From an uncultured Verrucomicrobiota bacterium (lineage in GTDB: Bacteria > Verrucomicrobiota > Verrucomicrobiia > Opitutales > Seribacteraceae): a DNA stretch of 64,000 bases. Positions 20,451 through 28,900 of this stretch are shown piece by piece; within the stretch, counting starts at the first letter, position 1; every line of letters starts with the position of its first letter. The DNA lies in assembly GCA_902569115.1 (NCBI GenBank), contig CACFTI010000003.1, positions 40,406 to 104,405 of the forward strand, given 5' to 3'. Made by a program: the position numbers and the translations under genes. The notes under the pieces are model-generated. The model saw nothing but the letters and a program-made list of their open reading frames with translations. It was not told where the DNA came from and made no database searches.

Positions 20451-21445
20451 TTGGGTAGAACCTGAATATCGCAACGGAGTTTTTCCATCATTCGTAATTT
20501 CCGTAGCCATACCTCTGGGATTCCTGTCTGCATTGCAACAATAGATCCAAGAACGACTCCGCGGTGGCAGTTGTCCCCACCCGCTTTTGCATTGGCAAGA
20601 ACTGCCATGGAAAAATCATCGTGGTATTTCCAGGTAAAGTGAAGGGCCGCGACAAAAGATTCGGGCAAATAACAGGCAGTGCTGAGGGTATTACCCACAA
20701 CTTCACGATCATCCATATTTTCCCATTTTTGAAGAAGTCTCACAGAAACTCCGGGCAAGGGGAGGGTAGTCAATGTATGTCTGATCGATTCTCCATGTGC
20801 TAAACGGTGGTAGATTCTGGTTAAATCGGTTGCGGCACGGAGGGTGTATTCATGATCGTGGGTTAGTCTGATCAAAGAAAGGACGGATTCAAGTTGAGCG
20901 GAGGGATCGTTTTGATCGAGTGCTTCCATGGATGCCAGTAAGGCAGGGATTTGGCTCAGGCCGCCAATATGGTAGTCCGAAATACCGCAGGATAAAAGAG
21001 GTTTACCAGAAGCATAATTAGTAAAGAAAGAACGATGGTATTCTTCGGCATATGTATCTTGGTGCCATCCTGGGGTTAGCATTACCTCAACATATCTTTT
21101 GAGCCATGATTCAGGGTCAAAAGTACCGTTTAAGATAGTGGATCTGTAGAGTTCGGCAGCCAACTGAAGATTAAGTGTATTTTCGCCTGCTTCCAAAAAC
21201 TGGTGGTAATGTATTCCTCTTTGCCCCCAATATTTTGCTTGGTTACCAAGAATATCTGCTTTCGGAGATTTCGGGGTGTAATTACTTCGCCATAAGATGC
21301 TGTCCGGGTGGAAGTTCTTTGGTTTGCAGTAACCGGAAAAATCGCCGTAATCCTGGTCTAGTGATTCGCGATTGTAATACCAATGGACTGGCATTGCCAC
21401 CGCATCTGCGACTAAGGATCCTAAAAATGCATTTTGTAGACTCAT
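20423..21445 (-). CDS. ADP-ribosylglycohydrolase family protein (SelJ/J1-crystallin-like branch)
   Basis: GSLVADAVAMPVHWYY, LTH, NAKAGGDNCHRG. Confidence 0.8.
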   Translation of the reverse strand: MSLQNAFLGSLVADAVAMPVHWYYNRESLDQDYGDFSGYCKPKNFHPDSILWRSNYTPKSPKADILGNQAKYWGQRGIHYHQFLEAGENTLNLQLAAELYRSTILNGTFDPESWLKRYVEVMLTPGWHQDTYAEEYHRSFFTNYASGKPLLSCGISDYHIGGLSQIPALLASMEALDQNDPSAQLESVLSLIRLTHDHEYTLRAATDLTRIYHRLAHGESIRHTLTTLPLPGVSVRLLQKWENMDDREVVGNTLSTACYLPESFVAALHFTWKYHDDFSMAVLANAKAGGDNCHRGVVLGSIVAMQTGIPEVWLRKLRMMEKLRCDIQVLPNHKVLKKVI

Positions 21446-21501
21446 TGGAAAGTAATAGATAAGCTATTGGAGATTCATAAAAGAACAAATACGCTAGAGT
21501 T

Positions 21502-22419
21502 GTGCCAAACCATCAGTTTCCTTTATATTTTCATGAAATTTATTCAACCGGACTGGACCGGACGGCCCGCTTTCCAGTTGATCGTTATCAGTTACTGGCA
21601 AAAAAGCTTTCAGTCTACGATGAAAAAAAACTTCTTTCCTGGCAAACACCTAGGTTGGCGAATCAGCAGGAAATTCAGCTAGTTCATGAGAAGGATTATG
21701 TTGAAAGATTTTTTAACCATCAACTCACCGAAAAGGAAATCAGGAGGATTGGCTTAAGACCTTGGAAGGAAGCTATAGTCGAGCGGACCCTGCGTTTAAC
21801 CGGGGGTGCTTTGCAGGCCTTGGAACAAGTTCTAGTATACGGACATACAATGGCGGGAAACATGGCGGGAGGCACTCATCATGCCTTTCGCAAGGAGGGG
21901 GCGGGCTATTGTATCTTCAACGATTTAGCAATTTGTGCGGAACAGGCATTGCTAAACTCTACTGTAGAGAAAATTTTAATTCTCGACTTGGATGTACATC
22001 AGGGAGACGGGACGGCCAAGATTTTCGAAGGTGATGAAAGGGTTTTTACCGTTTCTCTACATGGTAAAAATAACTTTCCATTTAGAAAACAAACGAGTGA
22101 CTGGGATGTAGAATTTGATAATGATACGGGAGACGAAGAATACCTAACCGTCCTAGACGATGTGCTATCGAAACTATCCAATCAGGCTTTCGATCTGGTT
22201 TTTTTTCAGGCTGGAGTTGACGCATTGGATTCGGATGCTCTCGGCCTCTTGAATTTAAGTCGTGAGGGACTAGGGAAAAGGAATCAGCGGGTTTTTGCTT
22301 GGCGTGAGCAAATGGAACTGCCCATGGTGATTTTTATGGGTGGAGGGTACGCCAAACCGATTGATGATACCGTTGATGCATTTACTGATCTCTTTATGGA
22401 AGCTGCAAGCAGGATTTAA
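21502..22419 (+). CDS. Zn-dependent histone-deacetylase-family lysine deacylase (class IV/HDAC11-like)
   Basis: GGTHHA, GYCIFND, DLDVHQGDG, GVDAL..D, GGGY. Confidence 0.92.
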   Translation: MPNHQFPLYFHEIYSTGLDRTARFPVDRYQLLAKKLSVYDEKKLLSWQTPRLANQQEIQLVHEKDYVERFFNHQLTEKEIRRIGLRPWKEAIVERTLRLTGGALQALEQVLVYGHTMAGNMAGGTHHAFRKEGAGYCIFNDLAICAEQALLNSTVEKILILDLDVHQGDGTAKIFEGDERVFTVSLHGKNNFPFRKQTSDWDVEFDNDTGDEEYLTVLDDVLSKLSNQAFDLVFFQAGVDALDSDALGLLNLSREGLGKRNQRVFAWREQMELPMVIFMGGGYAKPIDDTVDAFTDLFMEAASRI

Positions 22420-22443
22420 ATACTGGACTGAGTCCGTTGCCCG

Positions 22444-23829
22444 CTAGCGAATAGCCCCTTTTCTTTCCTCCATAAGTTTACGGTGTCTCAAAAGTTGGGC
22501 TAAATCTTCTTTGGATTTGGATAAGTTGTTAAATTGTTTGGAGTCCGTTTTCATATTATACAGTTCCTCTGTCCCATCTTTGTACTGCATATAGCTCCAA
22601 TTTTTAGTTCTCAAGGACGTTCCCTTGGGAACGAATGAAAGGGCTGTATTTTTAATTGTTCTTTTAGGATCGTCCAGTGTGGGCACAAGGCTTTTGCCCT
22701 GAACGGAATCAGGAACCGGTAAACCTGTTAGTTCACATGCAGTCGGGAAGAGGTCGACAAGTTCGACCAGGGATGAGCTTCTTCCATGCTTATAGGTTGG
22801 TGCTCTGATTATTAAGGGAACCCGGGTCACTTCCTCTCGTAGATTTCCCTTTTGCCAAAAGTGGTGCTCGCCCAATAGGTAGCCGTGATCACTGGTGAAA
22901 ATAACCGTGGTCGTTTTATCCAATTTTAGCTCTTCAAGAGTATCCAAAATTCGACCTACCTGCTCATCCATAAAAGTGACGGTGGCTAGGTATCCCGCCC
23001 ACATTCTTTTTTGATTGTCGGGGAACTGATCGATTCCATAGTTTGCGGAGTTTGAGCGAGAAATCGCAGAGGCGGGCATGTCATTCCAGTCATTTACAGG
23101 CACGAAGGGCAGAACCATTTTTCTAAAAGGGTAGTGGTTAAAATACTGGATGGGAGCCACATTGGGGTAATGCGGTCGGATGAAACCGGTAGCTAGAAAA
23201 AACGGCTGCTTTTGCTTTTTAAACTTATGCAACAATTCAATTGATTTAGTGGCGGTCTTCCAGTCGGGTTGGTCAGAGCCATCTCCCTCGTAATCAACGG
23301 TTACAAACATGCGGTTGGGCATACGGGTGGACTCACGACCCTCTAGCTCAGTGGTAAATTTATTCAGGTTGAGGCAGGCGTAGTTACCGGGTGTGTGAGC
23401 CTCGAGTCCTGGGCTATTATATTTCTCGGACCAGCATTCAGGGATATCCTGACCATCGGTTCCGGGAATGATATCTCCTGGTACACGCATGTGAAAGATT
23501 TTCCCCACCCGGGTACTGGAGAAATTATGGTTTTGAAAATGTTCGCCCCAGGTAATTTCATTTTTCCCGAAGTATCTGCCCCTCATGAAACTTGCCCGAG
23601 ATGGTGCACAAACAGTGCCTTGGCAATAAGCATTATCGTAGATCACTCCCATTTTTGCGAGACGATCGATATTCGGGGTTTTCACAAGTGTATTTCCGTA
23701 ACACCCAAGTGCATCCGTTTTGAGGTCGTCTGAGACCACCAAGAGGATGTTGCGGGTCTTGGCAAAGAGACAGATTTGGGTTGAAAAAAGGATTATACAT
23801 AGGTTTTTGATCATTAATTTCATTGGCAA
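22444..23829 (-). CDS. Sulfatase (iduronate-2-sulfatase-like)
   Basis: SDDL, CAPSR, GKIFH, GFIRPH, SDHG. Confidence 0.9.
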   Translation of the reverse strand: MPMKLMIKNLCIILFSTQICLFAKTRNILLVVSDDLKTDALGCYGNTLVKTPNIDRLAKMGVIYDNAYCQGTVCAPSRASFMRGRYFGKNEITWGEHFQNHNFSSTRVGKIFHMRVPGDIIPGTDGQDIPECWSEKYNSPGLEAHTPGNYACLNLNKFTTELEGRESTRMPNRMFVTVDYEGDGSDQPDWKTATKSIELLHKFKKQKQPFFLATGFIRPHYPNVAPIQYFNHYPFRKMVLPFVPVNDWNDMPASAISRSNSANYGIDQFPDNQKRMWAGYLATVTFMDEQVGRILDTLEELKLDKTTTVIFTSDHGYLLGEHHFWQKGNLREEVTRVPLIIRAPTYKHGRSSSLVELVDLFPTACELTGLPVPDSVQGKSLVPTLDDPKRTIKNTALSFVPKGTSLRTKNWSYMQYKDGTEELYNMKTDSKQFNNLSKSKEDLAQLLRHRKLMEERKGAIR

Positions 23830-23844
23830 TTATTACTAGTCTCC

Positions 23845-24474
23845 TCAGGGATTTTGCTTTGGTTTTTGAAATGACTTTTTGATTTTGGAAAGCAAGGAGG
23901 AGAGAAAGAGAAAGATATGAAAACAGGTTGGTAGGGCAGCAGATACCCCCATGATCACTCCGAAGTATATATTCTTGGCGTTTTCTCTGCCCATCGGGTC
24001 TTGTATCGCTTGGACTGCCCGACTGGTATATTTGGCTCCACGGGAAGTGAGTTGTTCGGGTGCATCCTCCCAGATACTGATGAGCCAACCTCCAAATGTG
24101 AATACAAAAAGCACCCAGAAAGTTGCCACTACCGCAATGATTAAATCCAGCGAAAGATGGAATACATATTCAGAGGTCTTGCGGGCAGCTAAGGCACGCC
24201 TAATGATCCAAATCGTTACGAAAAAGGAAAGACTATCAAAAAGAGCCCCGAAAAAACCTACCGGGATTTGCAGTTTTATATAATGAGTGGCTTCATGGGT
24301 TTGCATGTAGTAGGGAAACGCCGTGTAGATCGCCCACCAATAGCATGCAATGTTAAGAATGATAAAAAAAACAAAAAGCAGAGGAAAGAATAACCAAGTT
24401 GAGATCTTCTTCCTTTCATATCGATCCAAAATAGTGTGAAGAGAATCCCGCCATATCGCGACGATTTCAGTCAT
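23845..24474 (-). CDS. Hypothetical membrane protein (about 4 TM)
   Basis: 209-aa ORF with hydrophobic segments, co-directional between the oxidoreductase and the sulfatase. Confidence 0.7.
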   Translation of the reverse strand: MTEIVAIWRDSLHTILDRYERKKISTWLFFPLLFVFFIILNIACYWWAIYTAFPYYMQTHEATHYIKLQIPVGFFGALFDSLSFFVTIWIIRRALAARKTSEYVFHLSLDLIIAVVATFWVLFVFTFGGWLISIWEDAPEQLTSRGAKYTSRAVQAIQDPMGRENAKNIYFGVIMGVSAALPTCFHIFLFLSSLLSKIKKSFQKPKQNP

Positions 24475-24492
24475 AGTGTCTGCTCGCTCTGA

Positions 24493-25455
24493 CTAATAGA
24501 CTATTTCGATGTGTCTGCTTTCAGCCACTGATGTCTCACAGGCTTCGATCATCTTCATACAGGTAATGGCATCATCTAGGGTTGATAAAGGTTGTTCGCC
24601 CCGACCAACTACTGATTCCAGGAAATGTTTTCCAGTTTCTCGAATAGTGTAGGGGTAGGCTGAGTATGTTTGAGAATGAACCACTGCGGGAGTGTTTTCG
24701 ACCCAGTCGCGGTAACTGTAGCGGGTCGCTCCTTTGGTTCCGATCAATTTAATCATAAAAGTCCATGGGTCGCCGGCATGATCATCCGATGCAAAACTCG
24801 CACAGAGATGGGAGAGTGCCTGATTTTTCATTTTCATGGTAACCATAGCAATGTTCTCCTGGGGAACTGAACCATCGTTGATTGTCGATTTCATGCAGGA
24901 TACCATTTCTGGTTGGCCTACCAAATAAAGAGAGCAATAGGCATGGTGTGTCAGGATTTGCCGAATCACTCCCGGATACCTAGCCGCCACTTCTTCAGGG
25001 TGGTGGATATTATACAAAACATACAGGGAAACCAAATCTCCCAGTTTTCCTGACTCTATCATTTCCTTAGCTCTGAGCACGGATGGCTCGTAAATATAAT
25101 TATGGACCGGGGCAACCTGTACCGAATTTTTCTCTGCAGCACTCTTAAGATCTTCTATTTCACCCATAGTAACGGCTGTTGGCTTTTCCACCAGTACATG
25201 CTTTCCTGCCTCTATCGCCTGTTTGGCATAAAGATGATGGGTTTCCATATTGGTGAGTACATAAACAACATCCACTGCCTCAATCAATTCCTCAGGGGAT
25301 TGAAAAACCTTACAGCCAAAAAGGCGGGCTTTTTCCTCTGCTTTGGCGGGTGTGCGATTCCAGATACCGGTAAGTTCAGCCCCCTGTGCCTGGGTTACGC
25401 CCTCACCGTGTAGATAAGCAATATCCCCTGCTCCAATAAATCCAACTTTTATCAT
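24493..25455 (-). CDS. Gfo/Idh/MocA oxidoreductase
   Basis: GFIGAG Rossmann motif, GKHVLVEKP. Confidence 0.88.
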   Translation of the reverse strand: MIKVGFIGAGDIAYLHGEGVTQAQGAELTGIWNRTPAKAEEKARLFGCKVFQSPEELIEAVDVVYVLTNMETHHLYAKQAIEAGKHVLVEKPTAVTMGEIEDLKSAAEKNSVQVAPVHNYIYEPSVLRAKEMIESGKLGDLVSLYVLYNIHHPEEVAARYPGVIRQILTHHAYCSLYLVGQPEMVSCMKSTINDGSVPQENIAMVTMKMKNQALSHLCASFASDDHAGDPWTFMIKLIGTKGATRYSYRDWVENTPAVVHSQTYSAYPYTIRETGKHFLESVVGRGEQPLSTLDDAITCMKMIEACETSVAESRHIEIVY

Positions 25456-25558
25456 CAGTACTTTATCTCTTTGGATCCGATTTTTTTCAAGTGAAAGTGC
25501 TTTAGATGTGTTTTGAGCTTTTCAGTTTTCTGATTCTTGCCATGGTTCATTAAGAGAT

Positions 25559-27823
25559 ATGCCTCCATCAAAAATTATTAAAAAGATACGTCCCTGGCAT
25601 GTTTTGTTGGGTTCTTTTTTTAGTGTAGTAATCCTAGTGGCATTAATTTGGCAACTTTCGCCTACAATGCTGGATTGGGGGATTCGATATTTAGCGGCTG
25701 AAGCAGAAACTGAGGATTTCGATATGAATATAGAAAGAATCGATCCATGGGGTGTGAGTATAGAAGACATTCTGATCAGTACGCAGGAAGCTGAATTGTC
25801 TGTGGGAAGCCTTTTACTTCTGTTTAGTCCAAGTGGTCTCACTGCAGGGGGAATCGATTCCTTCACTTTACGCGATATAAGCTTAGAGCTGGATGGTAAG
25901 AGGGTGCTGGATCAGTTACTTGATGATCAGAGTCAGGAAGTTGATGATGAGGATATTCTTTGGTTGGAAAAATTAGGAGAATATCTCTCTGATCCTAAGT
26001 TAAAAACATTTCGGGTGTTTAATGCAGAGACTTCTTGGGCATGGCCTGAGTTTTCTCTACCTTTAGAGTTTACAATAAAAGGTGATTACAGTGAAGGCTC
26101 TGCAAGCACTACTGTTGATGGAGAATTTTCTAGGTTTCCTTTCCTTTCTGAAATACATTTCTGGCAGGAAGAAGAAAATACTTATGGAGAGATGGAAATA
26201 AAATTTCCTGATTTGAATAAAAGCGAAGAACTGAAGGCACCTTTGAAGAGATTTACTGGCATGGACTTAGGTGAAGATCTTAAAATTAATTCCGGTGATC
26301 TCGTCATGCAGGGTATCGGTCGAGTTGAGGGGAACAACTTGCTTGATCTTTTTATGGAGTTTAATGGAAGTGCGATTGCTGGGGAGATTCTTGGTTTTCC
26401 TTTTGAAATAAGTAGATTTATTTCCTTTGTGACACCGAGGAAAACGGGAATGTTCTCCACACGAACTTATGCTAATTTGAGTGTTGAAAATTATTTTGAA
26501 GCAAGAGGTTTGGCCTTGGGAGTCGAGGTGGATGAAGAAAAATTACTTTTACGCTCATCTATTCAGGAAGTAGATGCAACTGATGCCATGGCCAAAACTA
26601 AAATTATTGGACTTAGTCTTCCTGTCATTGACTTGAATCTTTCTACTTTTGAATCGCAGGCTTTGAATCGACCGCAAGATATTTTTTTTGATTCTTTGCA
26701 GTTGGAGGAGTACGGCGTAAATTTAGTGAATGGAAGGGTAAATCTTTTTGTTGATCCTGATTTGGATTTGTTTCGTGTGCAGGTTTTACCGCTGAACGCA
26801 ATTCTCACTGACATGGATATACGCCTCTTTGGTTTATCTTTTAATGGTCTAGGTGATTTATCCGATCCATGGAATGGGGGAATGAATCAAGTGATTTCTT
26901 GCGACCAAGCATTACTTGGTGAAGATTCGATGGTTGAAAACCTTTCCCTAACCTTTAGACCTTCCGGAACTACAAGAATAATTCTCGATAGCTTAACCGC
27001 TAAGTTAAAAGGTGTTTTTACTGATATAAATCCTGCAAATTGTACAGTTTCCTTTTCGGATGAAAGTCAAGGAGGTTGCAGAATCGATTTTAATGGAACC
27101 GATATTCGTTTGGGTAGAGATAGCGTTGTTCTGGAAGGATTAACCGGTTCAATTTCAGTCGATTCTTTTGATCCATTACTAACTGCTTCGAGAAATAGTT
27201 TTAGCTTTCGGAAATTAAGGAATGATCAAATTACCCTGGAAGATGGTAATTTTTCTATTTCAGTTAATGAAGAGGGCGAGTTTGTGCTCTCAGATTTTTA
27301 TGTCAGTGTTTTTGGCGGGAGACTTGAGGTTGAATTAGCCAAATGGCAGATGTATTCAGACTTACTAAAGGTAGAGACAAAAATGACAGAAGTATCGGGG
27401 CAGCAATTAGTTGATTTTTTTGATAATTTGGAAATCCAAATTGATGGAAATTTCTCAGGTATGGTTTCCTTTTCAAATTACGATGGAGCCTGGGATTTCG
27501 GAACTGGGTTTCTTCAACTCAATCCTTCCGCAAACGCAAATATAAAGTTTAAAAAAGGCGATTTAATTTACGGAGGAGTCGATTCAACAGACCCACAAGC
27601 CAAAAATCTTCGACTCACTTCTTGGGCATTGGAGGACTTGCAGGTCAATGGCATGGGAATTAATTTCAAAGTACTCGAAAATGAGCGGCAAATTATCATG
27701 AATATAAATGGTGCACGGGAGACAAAGGATCAACGAGTCGATCTTGATTACAAGCCACGATTTCTGGGCGGTTTGCAAGACTTGCTTAAATGGAGAGAAA
27801 ATCTCAACCTTCCCAGGAATTAA
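25559..27823 (+). CDS. ydbH: YdbH-like AsmA-family intermembrane lipid transport protein
   Basis: N-terminal TM anchor, long beta-rich body, C-terminal VFGG...G.FSG...G.L...AL..L pattern; synteny with ynbE and ydbL. Confidence 0.72.
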   Translation: MPPSKIIKKIRPWHVLLGSFFSVVILVALIWQLSPTMLDWGIRYLAAEAETEDFDMNIERIDPWGVSIEDILISTQEAELSVGSLLLLFSPSGLTAGGIDSFTLRDISLELDGKRVLDQLLDDQSQEVDDEDILWLEKLGEYLSDPKLKTFRVFNAETSWAWPEFSLPLEFTIKGDYSEGSASTTVDGEFSRFPFLSEIHFWQEEENTYGEMEIKFPDLNKSEELKAPLKRFTGMDLGEDLKINSGDLVMQGIGRVEGNNLLDLFMEFNGSAIAGEILGFPFEISRFISFVTPRKTGMFSTRTYANLSVENYFEARGLALGVEVDEEKLLLRSSIQEVDATDAMAKTKIIGLSLPVIDLNLSTFESQALNRPQDIFFDSLQLEEYGVNLVNGRVNLFVDPDLDLFRVQVLPLNAILTDMDIRLFGLSFNGLGDLSDPWNGGMNQVISCDQALLGEDSMVENLSLTFRPSGTTRIILDSLTAKLKGVFTDINPANCTVSFSDESQGGCRIDFNGTDIRLGRDSVVLEGLTGSISVDSFDPLLTASRNSFSFRKLRNDQITLEDGNFSISVNEEGEFVLSDFYVSVFGGRLEVELAKWQMYSDLLKVETKMTEVSGQQLVDFFDNLEIQIDGNFSGMVSFSNYDGAWDFGTGFLQLNPSANANIKFKKGDLIYGGVDSTDPQAKNLRLTSWALEDLQVNGMGINFKVLENERQIIMNINGARETKDQRVDLDYKPRFLGGLQDLLKWRENLNLPRN

Positions 27824-27861
27824 CGATAAGAGAAAAAATCATTATTATTATTAAAACCAGT

Positions 27862-27891
27862 TTGCAGAGGAATAGGATTTAGGCTTATCGT
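27862..27891 (+). promoter_or_regulatory. sigma70-like internal promoter, probably leaderless, for ynbE-ydbL
   Basis: TTGCAG-18 bp-TATCGT-6 bp-ATG. Confidence 0.45.
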
Positions 27892-27897
27892 ATCTCT

Positions 27898-28059
27898 ATG
27901 ATAAGAATTTCACACACCGCATTATCTTTGTTGGTCACTTTTTCTTTTTTCTCCTGTACCGCAGTGAAGACTGAGCATCACATAACCTTGGATCACAACA
28001 TCACCATAAAAATTGAAAAGGAAGTGAATGACTTCTTGGATGATTTGTATGACGATTAA
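27898..28059 (+). CDS. ynbE: YnbE-like small lipoprotein, 53 aa (not in ORF track)
   Basis: MIRISHTALSLLVTFSFFSC-TAVKTEHHITLDHNITIKIEKEVNDFLDDLYDD; lipobox-like Cys; HNITIKIEKEVNDFL resembles the YnbE C-terminus; lies between ydbH and ydbL. Confidence 0.8.
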   Translation: MIRISHTALSLLVTFSFFSCTAVKTEHHITLDHNITIKIEKEVNDFLDDLYDD

Positions 28060-28087
28060 GAATCCTCAACAACCGAATAATCTTTAT

Positions 28088-28459
28088 ATGAAATCTTACA
28101 ATTACCTAAAACCTATACTTTTTGGCCTACTTTATCTGGGAATCGGTAACATTTGTCTTGCTGACTACGCTACAAATATGAAGGAAAGACTTTCCTCCCT
28201 TGTCGAGGCTAAGGATCAGGGTCTTGTGGGAGAGGGCACGGATGGTTTTGTCTATGTGCGTAACAGTGATTCTGAAAAAGTAAAAAAAATGGTATCTGAT
28301 GAAAACGAAGACCGTAAATTGCTTTTCAAATCGATGTCATTAAAAACAGGAGGAACTGTGGACGATGTTGCTAAAAAATTCTCAATGGCTATCGTGAAAA
28401 AAAGTAAGAAAGGACATTGGTTTCGTAAATCATCCGGTGAGTGGATGCAGCGTAAGTAG
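28088..28459 (+). CDS. ydbL: YdbL / DUF1318 periplasmic protein
   Basis: K.QGLVGEGTDG, ENEDR, G.W.R...GEW motifs; signal peptide from ATG 28088. Confidence 0.85.
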   Translation: MKSYNYLKPILFGLLYLGIGNICLADYATNMKERLSSLVEAKDQGLVGEGTDGFVYVRNSDSEKVKKMVSDENEDRKLLFKSMSLKTGGTVDDVAKKFSMAIVKKSKKGHWFRKSSGEWMQRK

Positions 28460-28557
28460 TTTTTGAATAATTCAGATTTTGGGAGTTACGCGTGTGCTTT
28501 GCTCACGAAATTATATTGAACTCTCGATGTTACGATACTCGCTGGAAATATAGTTAA

Positions 28558-28875
28558 ATGGAAGAAATTATTGAGAGAATTCTGAGCCATCCTCTGTTGA
28601 TCGTCTGCTTGAGTTTGATTTGCCTGCTGCTCCTTTTTTCGATTCTGAAAGGATTACTCAAGCTAGCTTTTTGTGCGTTAATTTCAGCAGGTTTGTTCAT
28701 CGGCTATCTTCATTTCTTTCAAGACGAGTACCCATTACCTGCAATTGATGTCGAGAAGTTGGACGGAATAAAAGAGGAAATACTTAAGTATATACCAAAA
28801 GATTTAAATTCGAGTTTGGACCTTAACCTTTCCCTCCCAGACAAGAATTCTACATTAGCTCCTCGTTTGCCTTAG
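28558..28875 (+). CDS. Small two-TM hypothetical membrane protein
   Basis: 105-aa ORF with two hydrophobic helices, in an operon-like position. Confidence 0.65.
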   Translation: MEEIIERILSHPLLIVCLSLICLLLLFSILKGLLKLAFCALISAGLFIGYLHFFQDEYPLPAIDVEKLDGIKEEILKYIPKDLNSSLDLNLSLPDKNSTLAPRLP

Positions 28876-28900
28876 CCTAGGGTATTTGGGGCACAAAATC

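Noticed and set aside
27841-27853. (ATT)4 microsatellite upstream of the ynbE promoter
   Set aside because: Too short to distinguish from chance in AT-rich intergenic DNA; no support for phase variation
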